The notes: a model not told the origin generated them from the sequence alone. Numbered from the stretch's first letter, positions 9,225 through 18,811 are shown. The stretch: DNA of 64,000 nucleotides from a bacterium (GCA_030690305.1 JAUYHB010000006.1:84574-148573); one strand, 5' to 3'. Translations and numbers: made by a program.

Positions 9225-10467
9225 TGTATATGGAGAGACCAAACACTTTCTTGTATATCATCATACACTTTTCGGCAGCCTGCTTCCATGTATGTTTGAT
9301 GATTTCCTGGAAACCATTTTCGGAAAGACACGACTTGAGAGATTCATGGGTGAGTACGCATACGATTTTGTTTGCCATTTCATCGACGTCCCAAAAATCA
9401 ACTTTGAGCGCGTGTTTGAGTACTTCCGAAACTCCCGACTGACGAGAAATAATGACGGGGGTACCACTTGCTATAGCCTCAAGAGGAGTGATGCCGAAAG
9501 GTTCCGAAACGGAGGGCATGAGGTAAAGGTCTGCCGCTTTGTACGCCTGTACAAGCTCGTCATTTCGCAAAAATCCCGCAAACAAGACCTTGTCGCTGAT
9601 ACCCAAAAACGCGGCCTGGTTCATGATTTGGCCTTCCATATCCCCCGACCCGGAAATGATAAACGTTACCTTTGGATAATATTCGAGAACCTTTTTTGCG
9701 GCGGCAACGAAATAATCCGGACCTTTTTGTATGGTGATGCGTCCGACAAATAAAACAATTTTATTCCCCGATTCTTTAAGTTTCGCAATTCGGTTTTCCT
9801 CGCCTACGTGCTGGGAAAGGTATTCATCAATATCGATACCGTTGTGAACTACCTCGACTTTTTCTTCGGGTACGCCGTATCGTTTGACGATGATATCCTT
9901 CGTGTAGTTGGACACTGCAATAACGCGGTCGGCGGCGTGCATTCCCTCCCTTTCCACGTCGTAGACAAACTGATTGACGGACCGGCCGCCGGTCCTGTCA
10001 AATTCCGTCGCGTGCACGTGAACGATAAGCGGTTTCCCCGATACTTTTTTCGCTTCCATACCGGCGAGAAACGACAACCAGTCATGGGCGTGGATAACAT
10101 CAAATTGTTCTTTGCGGGCGATTTCGCGTGCGCGTATTGCGTACCGTCTTACTTCCTCAAATAGCGTGTCGCCGTAAAACGCATTATCAATAAATGCCCG
10201 TTCTTTTTTATAGCTGTCGGGATTCGTGTATGGAGAAAGTAGAGACGGGATATTATGGAATACGATATCCGGAGTTTCCACGTCACCGAATATAATGCGC
10301 GCGAATCGGGATGTTGTATCTTTAAGCCGTTTCGGTAGAACAAATGTCACCTTGCTCCCCGATTGAGCCAACGCTTTGGAAAGACCGTAACAGGCAACAC
10401 CCAAACCTCCACTATTGTGAGGTGGGAACTCCCAACCAAACATTAAAATTCGCACTGGTGCATGCAT
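9217..10467 (-). CDS. GT-B glycosyltransferase (GT4/GT5, glycogen/alpha-glucan synthase-like)
   Basis: ILMFGWEFPPHNSGGLG N-terminal motif and a C-terminal EX7E motif (SEPFGITPLEAIASGTPVI). Start taken at MHAPVRIL (the ORF start at 10506 is upstream). Confidence 0.8.
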   Translation of the reverse strand: MHAPVRILMFGWEFPPHNSGGLGVACYGLSKALAQSGSKVTFVLPKRLKDTTSRFARIIFGDVETPDIVFHNIPSLLSPYTNPDSYKKERAFIDNAFYGDTLFEEVRRYAIRAREIARKEQFDVIHAHDWLSFLAGMEAKKVSGKPLIVHVHATEFDRTGGRSVNQFVYDVEREGMHAADRVIAVSNYTKDIIVKRYGVPEEKVEVVHNGIDIDEYLSQHVGEENRIAKLKESGNKIVLFVGRITIQKGPDYFVAAAKKVLEYYPKVTFIISGSGDMEGQIMNQAAFLGISDKVLFAGFLRNDELVQAYKAADLYLMPSVSEPFGITPLEAIASGTPVIISRQSGVSEVLKHALKVDFWDVDEMANKIVCVLTHESLKSCLSENGFQEIIKHTWKQAAEKCMMIYKKVFGLSIYNA

Positions 10468-10620
10468 TCTGTTTATTCGTTTAGTAAAAGAAAACTTTCC
10501 CAACAAAAGAAAAAACGTTCCGGGTCTTTTCCCTAAACTTCTTGCTGATAATTATACAATAAGGCCGTACTTTATTATCTGTGCACAATGTTTCTGTTAT
10601 ACTTAAGGGGTAAAACTTCC

Positions 10621-11010
10621 ATGGACAAATTTGAGACACATGTCGATGAGCACGGAATCGTAAACATGGCCATTAAAGGACGCGTGAGAAGGGAGGTATG
10701 GGATCAGTTCAAAAAATGGATTGAGGACACGCAAAAGATAATCAAGGAGGAATACGACAAAACCGGCAAGAAAGTTAGAGCCACCGTCGACCTTACCGAC
10801 ACGTCAAGCCAATATGACAGCGACACGATAGCGGCGCTTGCCTCTTTTACGAAAGCAAACGAGCCGTATATGGAAAAAACGGCGACCTTCGGAGCAAACA
10901 CAATGATAAAATTCGCGGAAGACCTTGTTATCACGATTTCCGGCAGAAAAAATATCAAGGCATTCGCCACCAAAGACGAAGCCACCAAGTGGCTTCTATC
11001 GGAAAAATAG
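10621..11010 (+). CDS. Hypothetical soluble protein
   Basis: ORF with no family assignable from sequence. Start trimmed to MDKFETH. Confidence 0.4.
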   Translation: MDKFETHVDEHGIVNMAIKGRVRREVWDQFKKWIEDTQKIIKEEYDKTGKKVRATVDLTDTSSQYDSDTIAALASFTKANEPYMEKTATFGANTMIKFAEDLVITISGRKNIKAFATKDEATKWLLSEK

Positions 11011-11044
11011 ACCGCTGCATTCTGCAGCGGTCTATTTTTTTTGT
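11008..11044. terminator. Bidirectional rho-independent terminator between convergent genes
   Basis: 12-bp perfect stem TAGACCGCTGCA/TGCAGCGGTCTA followed by T9. It overlaps both stop codons. Confidence 0.7.
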
Positions 11045-11439
11045 TCCAAATCCAGACAGACGGAGTTGATGCAATATCGTTCACCCGTATCGGTCGGACC
11101 GTCGTCAAACACATGCCCAAGGTGAGAGTTGCATTTGGCGCATAGAATTTCGGTGCGGACCATTCCCTGAGTTTCGTCAGTCTCGCGTTTTATCGCGCCG
11201 GGCAGAGCTTTGTCGAAACTTGGCCATCCGGTTCCTGAATCAAACTTTGCATCGGAAGAAAACAGTGCGTTGCCGCACGCGGCGCAACGGAATATCCCGT
11301 CTTCTTTGGAATACATGTATTTACCCGTAAAGGGCATCTCGGTTCCCTTCTCCCGCAAGATTTTATATTGGTCTGGGGACAGTTTCTCCTTCCAGTCGTC
11401 TTCCGTTTTGGGTATACCGTTTTTCATAGTAGTTATCAT
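11032..11439 (-). CDS. msrB: Peptide-methionine (R)-S-oxide reductase MsrB
   Basis: SelR fold with CxxC...CxxC zinc motif and catalytic RYCINS. Confidence 0.9.
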   Translation of the reverse strand: MITTMKNGIPKTEDDWKEKLSPDQYKILREKGTEMPFTGKYMYSKEDGIFRCAACGNALFSSDAKFDSGTGWPSFDKALPGAIKRETDETQGMVRTEILCAKCNSHLGHVFDDGPTDTGERYCINSVCLDLEQKK

Positions 11440-11445
11440 ATCACC

Positions 11446-11480
11446 AAAATCCCGCCTCTTGGCGGGATTTTGATTTTTTG
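11446..11480. terminator. Terminator-like hairpin
   Basis: AAAATCCCGCC-tctt-GGCGGGATTTT with flanking T runs on both strands. Confidence 0.5.
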
Positions 11481-11493
11481 ACCGATAAAAAAA

Positions 11494-12060
11494 TTATCTT
11501 CCTGTCGGCAGACCGCTTTGGGCATCACGCATCATCGTACTCATGTCAGTGAATGTAACTCCGCTTGGCAATGAAAACGTATTTGCATCTGCCGTCCACG
11601 GCTCGCACGCATAGCCCAGTTGTTGATTGTAATCGACAGACTGCTGTCCTTGGGTGCCCGATGTATCCGAAACCGCGGCTGACTCCTGTGCGCTTACCGG
11701 CATTTTGAAACCCTGATTTGTCGCTGAAGTCCATACATAGCTGTATTCCCCGTCGGCAATCATATGACTTTGAACGGTCATACCGGAGGCCATGCTTTGA
11801 AAATCTCCTCGGAGCTTTCCGTTTGCGACATACACAACCCCGGAAGATTGAGACACGTCATTTGATTCATCTACCGTGCATTTTTGGGAAATGTTTGCGG
11901 CAATGAGGTCTTTCATGGACATCTTTCCTGTCGCTTTTCCTGACGCTTGTTCGCGCACCTCTGCCGCATCTTGAAGCGTCGGTTGTGAAATCATATACGT
12001 TCCGATACCGCCGATAACCACTATTCCACCAACAAGATACATGAGGGCTGTTTTACTCAT
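11494..12060 (-). CDS. Hypothetical membrane-anchored/secreted protein
   Basis: N-terminal TM/signal (ALMYLVGGIVVIGGIGTYMI) followed by a Ser/Thr/Gln-rich extracytoplasmic region. Confidence 0.45.
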   Translation of the reverse strand: MSKTALMYLVGGIVVIGGIGTYMISQPTLQDAAEVREQASGKATGKMSMKDLIAANISQKCTVDESNDVSQSSGVVYVANGKLRGDFQSMASGMTVQSHMIADGEYSYVWTSATNQGFKMPVSAQESAAVSDTSGTQGQQSVDYNQQLGYACEPWTADANTFSLPSGVTFTDMSTMMRDAQSGLPTGR

Positions 12061-12251
12061 AGCGATTTAAAATATAAAAAACTTAAAAAAATAACTTGGT
12101 GCGTCCGAAATTAAAATATCGTCATGTAACCGTAAATACCGATAATCACCGAAAGAAGGATGAGAAGTCCTCTTACGTTTACTTTTTCCTTTGAGTGTTT
12201 AAAAAACCACATAGGGAGAAAAATTATTGATAATTAAGTTTATTATAGCAC

Positions 12252-12974
12252 CTATTCCCTTCCTTTCAATTCGAGGTTCCGGGGGATTTTAAGATAATTC
12301 TTTTTTTGAGATTCGGTCATCCGTTCTACCGCGTAACGCAGGGCTGTTCTGGGCATTTGGGAAGCGTGTAGGTTCAGAAATTTTTTTTCCGACACAAGGT
12401 CTCTTTTCCCGACCTCCCGCAACATCCAACCGACGGCTTTATGGATAAGGTCATGCGTATCGCCCAAAAGCATCCGCGCAATTAAAAGCGTTTCTTCAAA
12501 TCGGTTATTTTTTATGAAATAAAACGTTGAAACGATCGCGATACGCCGCTCCCACATGTTTTTTGAACGCGCCAGTTTTTGCAAAATTTTTTTTGGTTTA
12601 CCAGATATATATGCTCCGACAATTTTCTCTGCCGACAAATCGACTAAATCCCAGTTATTAATATGCTTCGTTGAAGAAAGATAGAAATCGTAAATTTTCT
12701 TTTTTTCGCTCTTGCCGCCATTTTTAAAATTTTCCACAAGAATAAGAAGAGCGATGAGCCGTTCCTCATGGATTTTAGATGAAAGAAGTTTTTTTATTTC
12801 GGGGAAAGAAAGGTGGGCGTATTTTTTAGCGAGAGCCCGCGATACCGGTACGGTTATCCCAAGAAATACGTCCCCTTCTCCATATTCGCCCGGTCCCGTT
12901 TTAAAAAAGCCCTGTAAAATTTTTGCTTTCGCGGGATTTTTGAGCTTACGGAGTTCGGCTTTCAATTTATCCAT
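12252..12974 (-). CDS. DNA alkylation repair protein (AlkC/AlkD-like HEAT-repeat glycosylase family)
   Basis: HEAT-like repeats with the WDLVD and DLIHKAVGWMLRE signatures of the DNA_alkylation family. Start trimmed to the ATG (the ORF begins at a TTG). Confidence 0.7.
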   Translation of the reverse strand: MDKLKAELRKLKNPAKAKILQGFFKTGPGEYGEGDVFLGITVPVSRALAKKYAHLSFPEIKKLLSSKIHEERLIALLILVENFKNGGKSEKKKIYDFYLSSTKHINNWDLVDLSAEKIVGAYISGKPKKILQKLARSKNMWERRIAIVSTFYFIKNNRFEETLLIARMLLGDTHDLIHKAVGWMLREVGKRDLVSEKKFLNLHASQMPRTALRYAVERMTESQKKNYLKIPRNLELKGRE

Positions 12975-13308
12975 CGCTTCTTCCAAGAACAATCATTATC
13001 TCCCTTTTCATCGCGACAAACGAGTATGCCCAGAGAAACGGAAGCCAGAGAGGCATGAGACCAAATAAGCTGTTGCGGGTAAACGTTTCAACTCCCGTGA
13101 AAACAAAAATCGTTTCCGCAATTGTCATAAGGCAGAATCCGAGCACAAGCATTAAAGCGTCTTTTTGTTCTTTTTTGATTCGCAAAAACAGGTCAATGAG
13201 CCCGATGTACATGAGCGTCAAAAGATAATCGTTTGGCACGACGGGAATAAACCATATCATCAGAAGCACCGGGAAGGCTTCAATAAGCATTTGTGAGAAC
13301 TTTTGCAT
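12967..13308 (-). CDS. Small hypothetical membrane protein (3-4 TM)
   Basis: Hydrophobic ORF overlapping the neighbour's 5' end by 8 nt. No recognised family. Confidence 0.4.
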   Translation of the reverse strand: MQKFSQMLIEAFPVLLMIWFIPVVPNDYLLTLMYIGLIDLFLRIKKEQKDALMLVLGFCLMTIAETIFVFTGVETFTRNSLFGLMPLWLPFLWAYSFVAMKREIMIVLGRSDG

Positions 13309-13309
13309 A

Positions 13310-14065
13310 TTACTTATCTAAAAAAGCTTTTATCTTTTTCCAGAACAAGCGTGTGCGTACTTCCGAAAGCGAAAGATGTCCTCCCTTCCCCTTAAGCCAC
13401 AACGCGCAGCCGTTTATTTTTGAAAATTCTTTTGACAAATGGGCATACGTCACTTCGTCATCCTTTGCATGGATAATAAAAATCTTTCTTGAGTTGAGTG
13501 TTTTTGCCTTTGCAATGGGATTAAAAAAACTTCCGTTGCCGAGTTTCCGCCAGTCCTTCTTTGAAAAACGGTATCCTTCGCCGTACGCATTGTTAAGAAA
13601 TTTCTCGAGCCACGGAAGCGGTTCGGTATCGCTTTTTACCCGCCAGTCGATAACCGGCGACAGAGCAACGACTTTTTTTATATGTGTATCTTGTGAAGCA
13701 AGGATAGCGGCCGCACCCCCGAAACTTGAACCAATGACATAGATTGCCGGATTTTTGACCGAATACTTTTTACCACTCCAAAATTCGGTAAATTCCTTTG
13801 ATATTCCTTTCACGACATCCGAAACGTCTTTATGCGGAGAAAGTTTGAGAAACTCCCCTCCGCTTTCCCATGTTCCCCTGTACCTTGGAAAGAAAACCCA
13901 ATATCCTTTTTCGGAAAGAAAATTCATAACGGCAGACTTTGAAGGAGAGCCCGGCAACCCCCCGCACAGGATAATCGCTTTTTTTGAAGGACGAACCGGA
14001 GGAAGAAACTCGGAAACGATATCTTTCCCGAATCGGGTTCGCAAAAGAAACTTGTGTTTCGCCAT
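13310..14065 (-). CDS. Alpha/beta hydrolase (dienelactone hydrolase/S9-like)
   Basis: GxSxG nucleophile elbow (VIGSSFGGAAAILAS) plus downstream Asp/His. Start trimmed to MAKHKF. Confidence 0.65.
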   Translation of the reverse strand: MAKHKFLLRTRFGKDIVSEFLPPVRPSKKAIILCGGLPGSPSKSAVMNFLSEKGYWVFFPRYRGTWESGGEFLKLSPHKDVSDVVKGISKEFTEFWSGKKYSVKNPAIYVIGSSFGGAAAILASQDTHIKKVVALSPVIDWRVKSDTEPLPWLEKFLNNAYGEGYRFSKKDWRKLGNGSFFNPIAKAKTLNSRKIFIIHAKDDEVTYAHLSKEFSKINGCALWLKGKGGHLSLSEVRTRLFWKKIKAFLDK

Positions 14066-14107
14066 ACGGCCATCATAGCACCGTAAAAAGAGTGCTACAA
14101 TAATTTT

Positions 14108-14527
14108 ATGTCTTGGGTTACGCTTGCTCTCCTTTCCGCAGGATTTGCGGCCCTTGTCGCCATTTTCGGGAAAATGGGTTTGCAAGGAATAGACACGACG
14201 CTTGCCACCACCCTTCGCGCGGTTATTATGGCGGTTTTTCTCGTTGGCGTTTCACTCGCTCTTGGAAAATTTGAGGCTGTGCCCGATTTCGGGAAAAAAG
14301 CGGGGCTTATGATTGTCCTTTCCGGTCTTGCCGGAGCGCTTTCATGGCTTTTTTATTTTTCCGCGCTCAAAGCGGGTCCCGCTTCGGCGGTAGCCGCGAT
14401 TGACCGATTGAGTGTCGTCTTTGTATTTATACTCGCGCTTATTTTTCTCGGAGAGACATTTACGTGGAAATCAGCACTTGGTGCACTCTTTGTCGCTTTA
14501 GGTGCGATATTGATGACGATAAAATAA
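14108..14527 (+). CDS. EamA-like small transporter (single EamA domain, 4 TM)
   Basis: 139 aa, four TM helices with an EamA/DMT signature. Confidence 0.7.
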   Translation: MSWVTLALLSAGFAALVAIFGKMGLQGIDTTLATTLRAVIMAVFLVGVSLALGKFEAVPDFGKKAGLMIVLSGLAGALSWLFYFSALKAGPASAVAAIDRLSVVFVFILALIFLGETFTWKSALGALFVALGAILMTIK

Positions 14528-14530
14528 AAC

Positions 14531-14556
14531 AAGGCCAATCTACCTAGATTGGCCTT
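14531..14556. terminator. Hairpin terminator between convergent genes
   Basis: AAGGCCAAT-n8-ATTGGCCTT, with a T-rich tract on the minus strand. It overlaps the stop of the minus-strand gene. Confidence 0.45.
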
Positions 14557-15145
14557 GTAAGGCAAGCAACTCATCAAATGATGGAGGCTGCAAGGAGTTG
14601 ATTCTTTTCACTGAATCAAACAACTCATCACCGATTTGATGGGAATGATAAAACTCGTAATCTCTGATGCAGGAATCTTTCCTCATTTTCGACATTGCGT
14701 CTGGAAATTTCCTTCCCTCTTTCGGGCTAGAGGATTCCCTTTGCAGAAACCACTCTAAGCATGTGTTTTTGGGAGTTATAAAGTACCATGCGTCTATTCT
14801 TTCCACATTCATAGAACGAAGTTTTTCAATAATTGCCTTTCGTTCATGCAAGTACCCGTTCCATGTGTCCAAGATTAGAGTGACATCTTCCTGCTCAAGA
14901 TGTTTTTTCACCCGCTCCCACATCACTTTCATCCCGTAAAAATGGCCGCCGGTATACGGGTCAAGCCATACCGAACCGAAAAGTTCCATGAGAATTTTGT
15001 CTCTGCTCACCAAGATAATTTCAGGATTAACCAAGAGACACTTTTCACACAGAGTTGATTTCCCCGCGCATTGGGGGCCTATAGTTAAAATTACTCTTTT
15101 CAAGTGGCACCTCCTTTCTACCCCTACCCTAGCAAAAGCCCGCAC
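14540..15145 (-). CDS. P-loop NTPase/kinase-like protein (AAA_33/zeta-toxin-like fold)
   Basis: Walker A GPQCAGKST near the N-terminus, about 200 aa. No further family resolvable. Confidence 0.5.
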   Translation of the reverse strand: MRAFARVGVERRCHLKRVILTIGPQCAGKSTLCEKCLLVNPEIILVSRDKILMELFGSVWLDPYTGGHFYGMKVMWERVKKHLEQEDVTLILDTWNGYLHERKAIIEKLRSMNVERIDAWYFITPKNTCLEWFLQRESSSPKEGRKFPDAMSKMRKDSCIRDYEFYHSHQIGDELFDSVKRINSLQPPSFDELLALQGQSR

Positions 15146-15197
15146 AAAGTCAAAAGGCGTTTTATTTTAGGCTTTTCTATGCTTAAATTGCCTATAT

Positions 15198-15271
15198 TGC
15201 CGAATCGTCTAATGGTAGGACACATCCCTCTGGAGGATGTTATCTTGGTTCGAGTCCAAGTTCGGCAGCCA
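15198..15271 (+). tRNA. tRNA-Gln (anticodon CTG)
   Basis: Cloverleaf with U1:A72, G73 discriminator and encoded CCA. Anticodon loop CU-CUG-GA. Confidence 0.85.
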
Positions 15272-15326
15272 AGGTTGGAAGTATCGAGGCGACCTAATTT
15301 CCTCGAGAAACCACTTTTTCTGGCAT

Positions 15327-16034
15327 ATGCGTAATGAAAAAATAAATTCAAAGATTATTGCTCTCTGGAATAAGTATTTTAAGAATGATCCAGACGTGTA
15401 TGCGCCGCTTTTCTACGACGAGTTCAGGAAGGGCGGACTGCTGTTCGTCGGGATGAATCCGTCTTTCAGCGTGCGAGGATTCAAAACGATACTTCAGAAC
15501 ACCGAATATAAAGACATGGATCCGTCCACATTCTTTAAGTGGAGCAACATATCCGCGAACCCAGCACTGATCGACGATTGTGTTAAGGTAGAGAACTACG
15601 CGTACGCGAACTACTCGCTCTATTTTGGTCGTCCGGTAGAGATAGCCAAGAAGGTTGGGTTAGATTGGCAACACATCGATCTTTTTCTCTATAAAGAAAC
15701 CGCGCAGAATAACTTCATGGCTCGCATTACGAATAAAGAGAAGCTCAACCAGTTCGCTCTCGATCAGATCGCGCTCTTTGAAGAAGTCCTCACAAAGATT
15801 GAACCATGTTGCGTGGTGGTCACCAACGCGTTCGGATCGGAGTTATTACGGGACCATATCAAGAACGACCTATTGTGGGACGAGGAGTGCGGCTTCCATT
15901 GGTTCACCAAATCGGGCAAGAAAATACCGATGTTCTTTTCGTCAATGCTAAGCGGACAGAGAGCGCTTGATCGTTGGTCATATGAACGTTTGAAGTGGCA
16001 CATCGGGCAGGCAGTAAAAAAACAATTAATATGA
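15327..16034 (+). CDS. Uracil-DNA-glycosylase-superfamily-like protein (SMUG/MUG-like motif GMNPS), function unknown
   Basis: GGLLFVGMNPSFS resembles UDG motif 1 (GINPG/GMNPG). A C-terminal SMLSGQ resembles motif 2. First gene of a tight three-gene cassette, with ATGA overlap to the next gene. Confidence 0.4.
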   Translation: MRNEKINSKIIALWNKYFKNDPDVYAPLFYDEFRKGGLLFVGMNPSFSVRGFKTILQNTEYKDMDPSTFFKWSNISANPALIDDCVKVENYAYANYSLYFGRPVEIAKKVGLDWQHIDLFLYKETAQNNFMARITNKEKLNQFALDQIALFEEVLTKIEPCCVVVTNAFGSELLRDHIKNDLLWDEECGFHWFTKSGKKIPMFFSSMLSGQRALDRWSYERLKWHIGQAVKKQLI

Positions 16035-16762
16035 CGGGCTGGTATTCTATCACTCCCCAATATATAATCATTCAAAATGAAAAAGCGGCTCTCGCTTTGT
16101 TCTCTCCCGAATTTCTCGGGGCATTTGCGGGGGCCTTCTTCGCCTTCCTCTTCGGTGTCATTAGTTACCATCTTATAAAGAGATACGAACGTTTCATTCT
16201 GCATCGTAATGCGCTTGTTGGATTAGAGCGTCTATTGAACGAACACTTAGACATTATTGGCCTTAACAGGGCAACTGCGCTTAGTACTCAGCGCATCCTT
16301 GAAGCCCACCGTCTTACCCACAACCGTTTACTTGAGTTGTCTGTGAGGGAAGGGTTGGACACAGACTTGGGGAACTTGGATATTGCCAATCGGTACTTTA
16401 TCTACACGCGAGGAGTCCACCGAACGAATGTCGATACTCAATCTATGAATTACACTCTGACTAGGTTCGAAGATGTCATGATTGGCGGGAAACCGTTGGA
16501 AGCTGAGAATTGGCACTACATAACGGGTGCTTTCGCGCAGATTCCCGGGCATATGGATAAACTTGAGCGCGAGACAAAAGAAATTCTCTGTATCACTCGC
16601 ATCCACATTGCCCGATTGGCGAGAAAGGGCATCTGGTATGCAAATACACAAAAGGAGTGGAGTGTAGAAGTAACAGACGAGGAACTCAAAAAGGAAGTCA
16701 TGAAACTCGAGGAAGAAATCAGAATGGTTTCTGGCCAGCGACCCTCAATCACTAGGACATAG
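16031..16762 (+). CDS. Single-pass membrane protein with a helical cytoplasmic domain, function unknown
   Basis: TM helix FLGAFAGAFFAFLFGVISYHLI, then 200 aa with no recognisable family. Start overlaps the upstream stop, and the stop abuts the next start. Confidence 0.5.
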   Translation: MTGWYSITPQYIIIQNEKAALALFSPEFLGAFAGAFFAFLFGVISYHLIKRYERFILHRNALVGLERLLNEHLDIIGLNRATALSTQRILEAHRLTHNRLLELSVREGLDTDLGNLDIANRYFIYTRGVHRTNVDTQSMNYTLTRFEDVMIGGKPLEAENWHYITGAFAQIPGHMDKLERETKEILCITRIHIARLARKGIWYANTQKEWSVEVTDEELKKEVMKLEEEIRMVSGQRPSITRT

Positions 16763-17512
16763 ATGGCAAAAAATACTGAAAATAAAAAATGCATTCATTG
16801 TTTGCGAATCCCGCAGGAGATTACATTTGATCACGTAATCCCAAAATCCTGGTATTCGAAGATTACATCTAAGGATGCGCGCAAACCAAAAGCTCCGGCA
16901 TGTTTTGAATGCAATCAAAAATTGGGAAGGCAAGAGAAATTTTTATCCCATATCATGTGGATGTGTATGCCAGAGGCCCATCCTTTACGGGAAGAACTAA
17001 CAGAGAAGGTCTACAGAGCGTGTGGGATGGGACGCGATGGCAAACCTATTCCTGAACTTTCTAGTAAGGAAAGAGATGAACGAATAAAATATGCCAAACG
17101 GTTACTTGCTTCCACACGACCGGGTGATGATATTGAAGAAAAGAATCTTTTTCCCGGTTTTGGATTCCATGCGGGATATCCGAAAGAGATTCAACGCGCT
17201 ACGTTAATACCCGAAAACCTCGTTACTGAGGTTGCTTCAAAGGTTGTTAGAGGGATCGAGTATATTCAAAAAGGAAGCGAGAGATATGTTGAGGCGCCGT
17301 ATCGACTGGATGTGTTCTTTCCAAAGAAGACAACCGACTCTTCTCTTCAGGAAATCCGCGCTAAGTGCAGAGTATTCTCTGATGGCACCAACACGATCCA
17401 GAGAGGAGCTGATCCAGAAAAACCATTGGAACCGATTTACATTATTCGTCTATGGAATCAATGGGAAATTTGGGGTGTCATTATGCATGAGGAACGATAC
17501 AATAAGTTGTGA
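16763..17512 (+). CDS. HNH endonuclease domain protein with C-terminal domain of unknown function
   Basis: N-terminal CIHC...DHVIPKS...CFECNQ matches the HNH pattern (CxxC, DH, N, CxxC). About 190 aa of uncharacterised sequence follows. Confidence 0.65.
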   Translation: MAKNTENKKCIHCLRIPQEITFDHVIPKSWYSKITSKDARKPKAPACFECNQKLGRQEKFLSHIMWMCMPEAHPLREELTEKVYRACGMGRDGKPIPELSSKERDERIKYAKRLLASTRPGDDIEEKNLFPGFGFHAGYPKEIQRATLIPENLVTEVASKVVRGIEYIQKGSERYVEAPYRLDVFFPKKTTDSSLQEIRAKCRVFSDGTNTIQRGADPEKPLEPIYIIRLWNQWEIWGVIMHEERYNKL

Positions 17513-17896
17513 CCTAAGAGCGTCAGTGTCTCGTACGGAAAGCGCCTCAAGAACCCTTACGGTGTCTCACTGCTGGGGCACCAGACCTAAGAGGCCAGCC
17601 AAGTTGAGATAGGTTCGGAGTCCAGAGAATAATAAAAATGATACGCTGAAACTATGCCTTTATTATTTTATTTAATACTTGTTTGGATTTCTGAGAACGT
17701 AACTTTCAGTTGGGGTTGGTTTATTGTTGCCTTACTTTTTTCTTTAGGTAGAGCCAAAACTACATATAAATACAGATATACCAATAACCCTGATGAGGAC
17801 GAAGAAGAGGTTGAGGAATAATATCCGAGGCGCATCAAAAAGCCCTACAGGGCTTGATGGTAGAATTTACGAAACCGAGGAAGTTATCAAACTTAA

Positions 17897-18157
17897 ATGG
17901 ATTTTAAAGATTTATATAACCGGGAAAAGAATGTTGTACTGTATGGGCAGTCGGTGAGGTTCCGCGTTATTAAGTATATTATTTTGTTTGGTATATTTAC
18001 TGCTTTTTACACATGGCGAGGGCTCAATGATACGCTCCTGCTGCTTGCAGTACTTTTTGCCGCAAGCCTTTGTATACATTTCTTCTTCCGCTATATGTCA
18101 GAGGGGTGGACCAAATCGTGGGGGCTTTATAAACACACTTCAGTCGATAAGAAATAA
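17897..18157 (+). CDS. Small hypothetical membrane protein
   Basis: Two predicted TM helices and no RBS. Confidence 0.3.
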   Translation: MDFKDLYNREKNVVLYGQSVRFRVIKYIILFGIFTAFYTWRGLNDTLLLLAVLFAASLCIHFFFRYMSEGWTKSWGLYKHTSVDKK

Positions 18158-18258
18158 GGTCCTAAGGTTTGTTAGCGGTTCAAACCGCTTTTTTGTGCTT
18201 GAATAAATAACGATAAATATATATTGACAAACGATAAGCGATAGATTAAGGTGTAAGC

Positions 18259-18783
18259 ATGAATATAAATATGTCCGCCAAAGGCGGATCCGCCTCTGGC
18301 GGGAAAAAAAGTTCAACAATATTTCTTCAGGTAGTCGTTGTACTCATCGGCATCGTGGCGCTAGCCATTATGATTCGATTTCCCCAAACCGAAGGAAGGG
18401 CCGCAAACTTAGACCTGTTCAGCATTTACGCTGACCCGTTCATTGTGTATATGTACCTCGCGTCTATTGCGTTTTTTGTTGCGCTGTATCAGGCATTTAA
18501 ATTGCTCGGGTACATTGGAAAAAATAGGGTGTTCTCGCAAGCGTCCGTGAACACGTTGCGTACAATAAAATACTGCGCAATGATACTCATCGGCTTTTTT
18601 GTGGGGGCAGAAGGCTACATTTTTATTGTCTCACGCAAAGTAGAGGAGGACATTGCAGGTGGCGTGATGATGGGTGTTATCTTAATTTTTGTCTCAACTG
18701 TCGTTGCTACTGCCGCGGCCGTGTTTGAGCGAATGTTACAAAGCGCCGTCGATATAAAGTCCGAGAACGACTTAACCGTCTAG
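18259..18783 (+). CDS. DUF2975-like multi-TM membrane protein
   Basis: Four or five TM helices, about 170 aa, immediately upstream of a YozG-like HTH regulator, which is the usual DUF2975/XRE pairing. Confidence 0.55.
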   Translation: MNINMSAKGGSASGGKKSSTIFLQVVVVLIGIVALAIMIRFPQTEGRAANLDLFSIYADPFIVYMYLASIAFFVALYQAFKLLGYIGKNRVFSQASVNTLRTIKYCAMILIGFFVGAEGYIFIVSRKVEEDIAGGVMMGVILIFVSTVVATAAAVFERMLQSAVDIKSENDLTV

Positions 18784-18811
18784 TTCGACAAGCTCACTAT
18801 AAATAATTACT

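Noticed and set aside
12111-12212. 33-aa hydrophobic mini-ORF on the minus strand (MWFFKHSKEKVNVRGLLILLSVIIGIYGYMTIF)
   Set aside because: No RBS and no conservation evidence available from this window. Possible, but kept out of the feature list.
14540-17512. Septu-like (ATPase + HNH) defence system
   Set aside because: The P-loop protein is only 201 aa, on the opposite strand and separated by the tRNA. PtuA-like ATPases are much larger. The HNH gene is instead coupled to the UDG-like and membrane genes.
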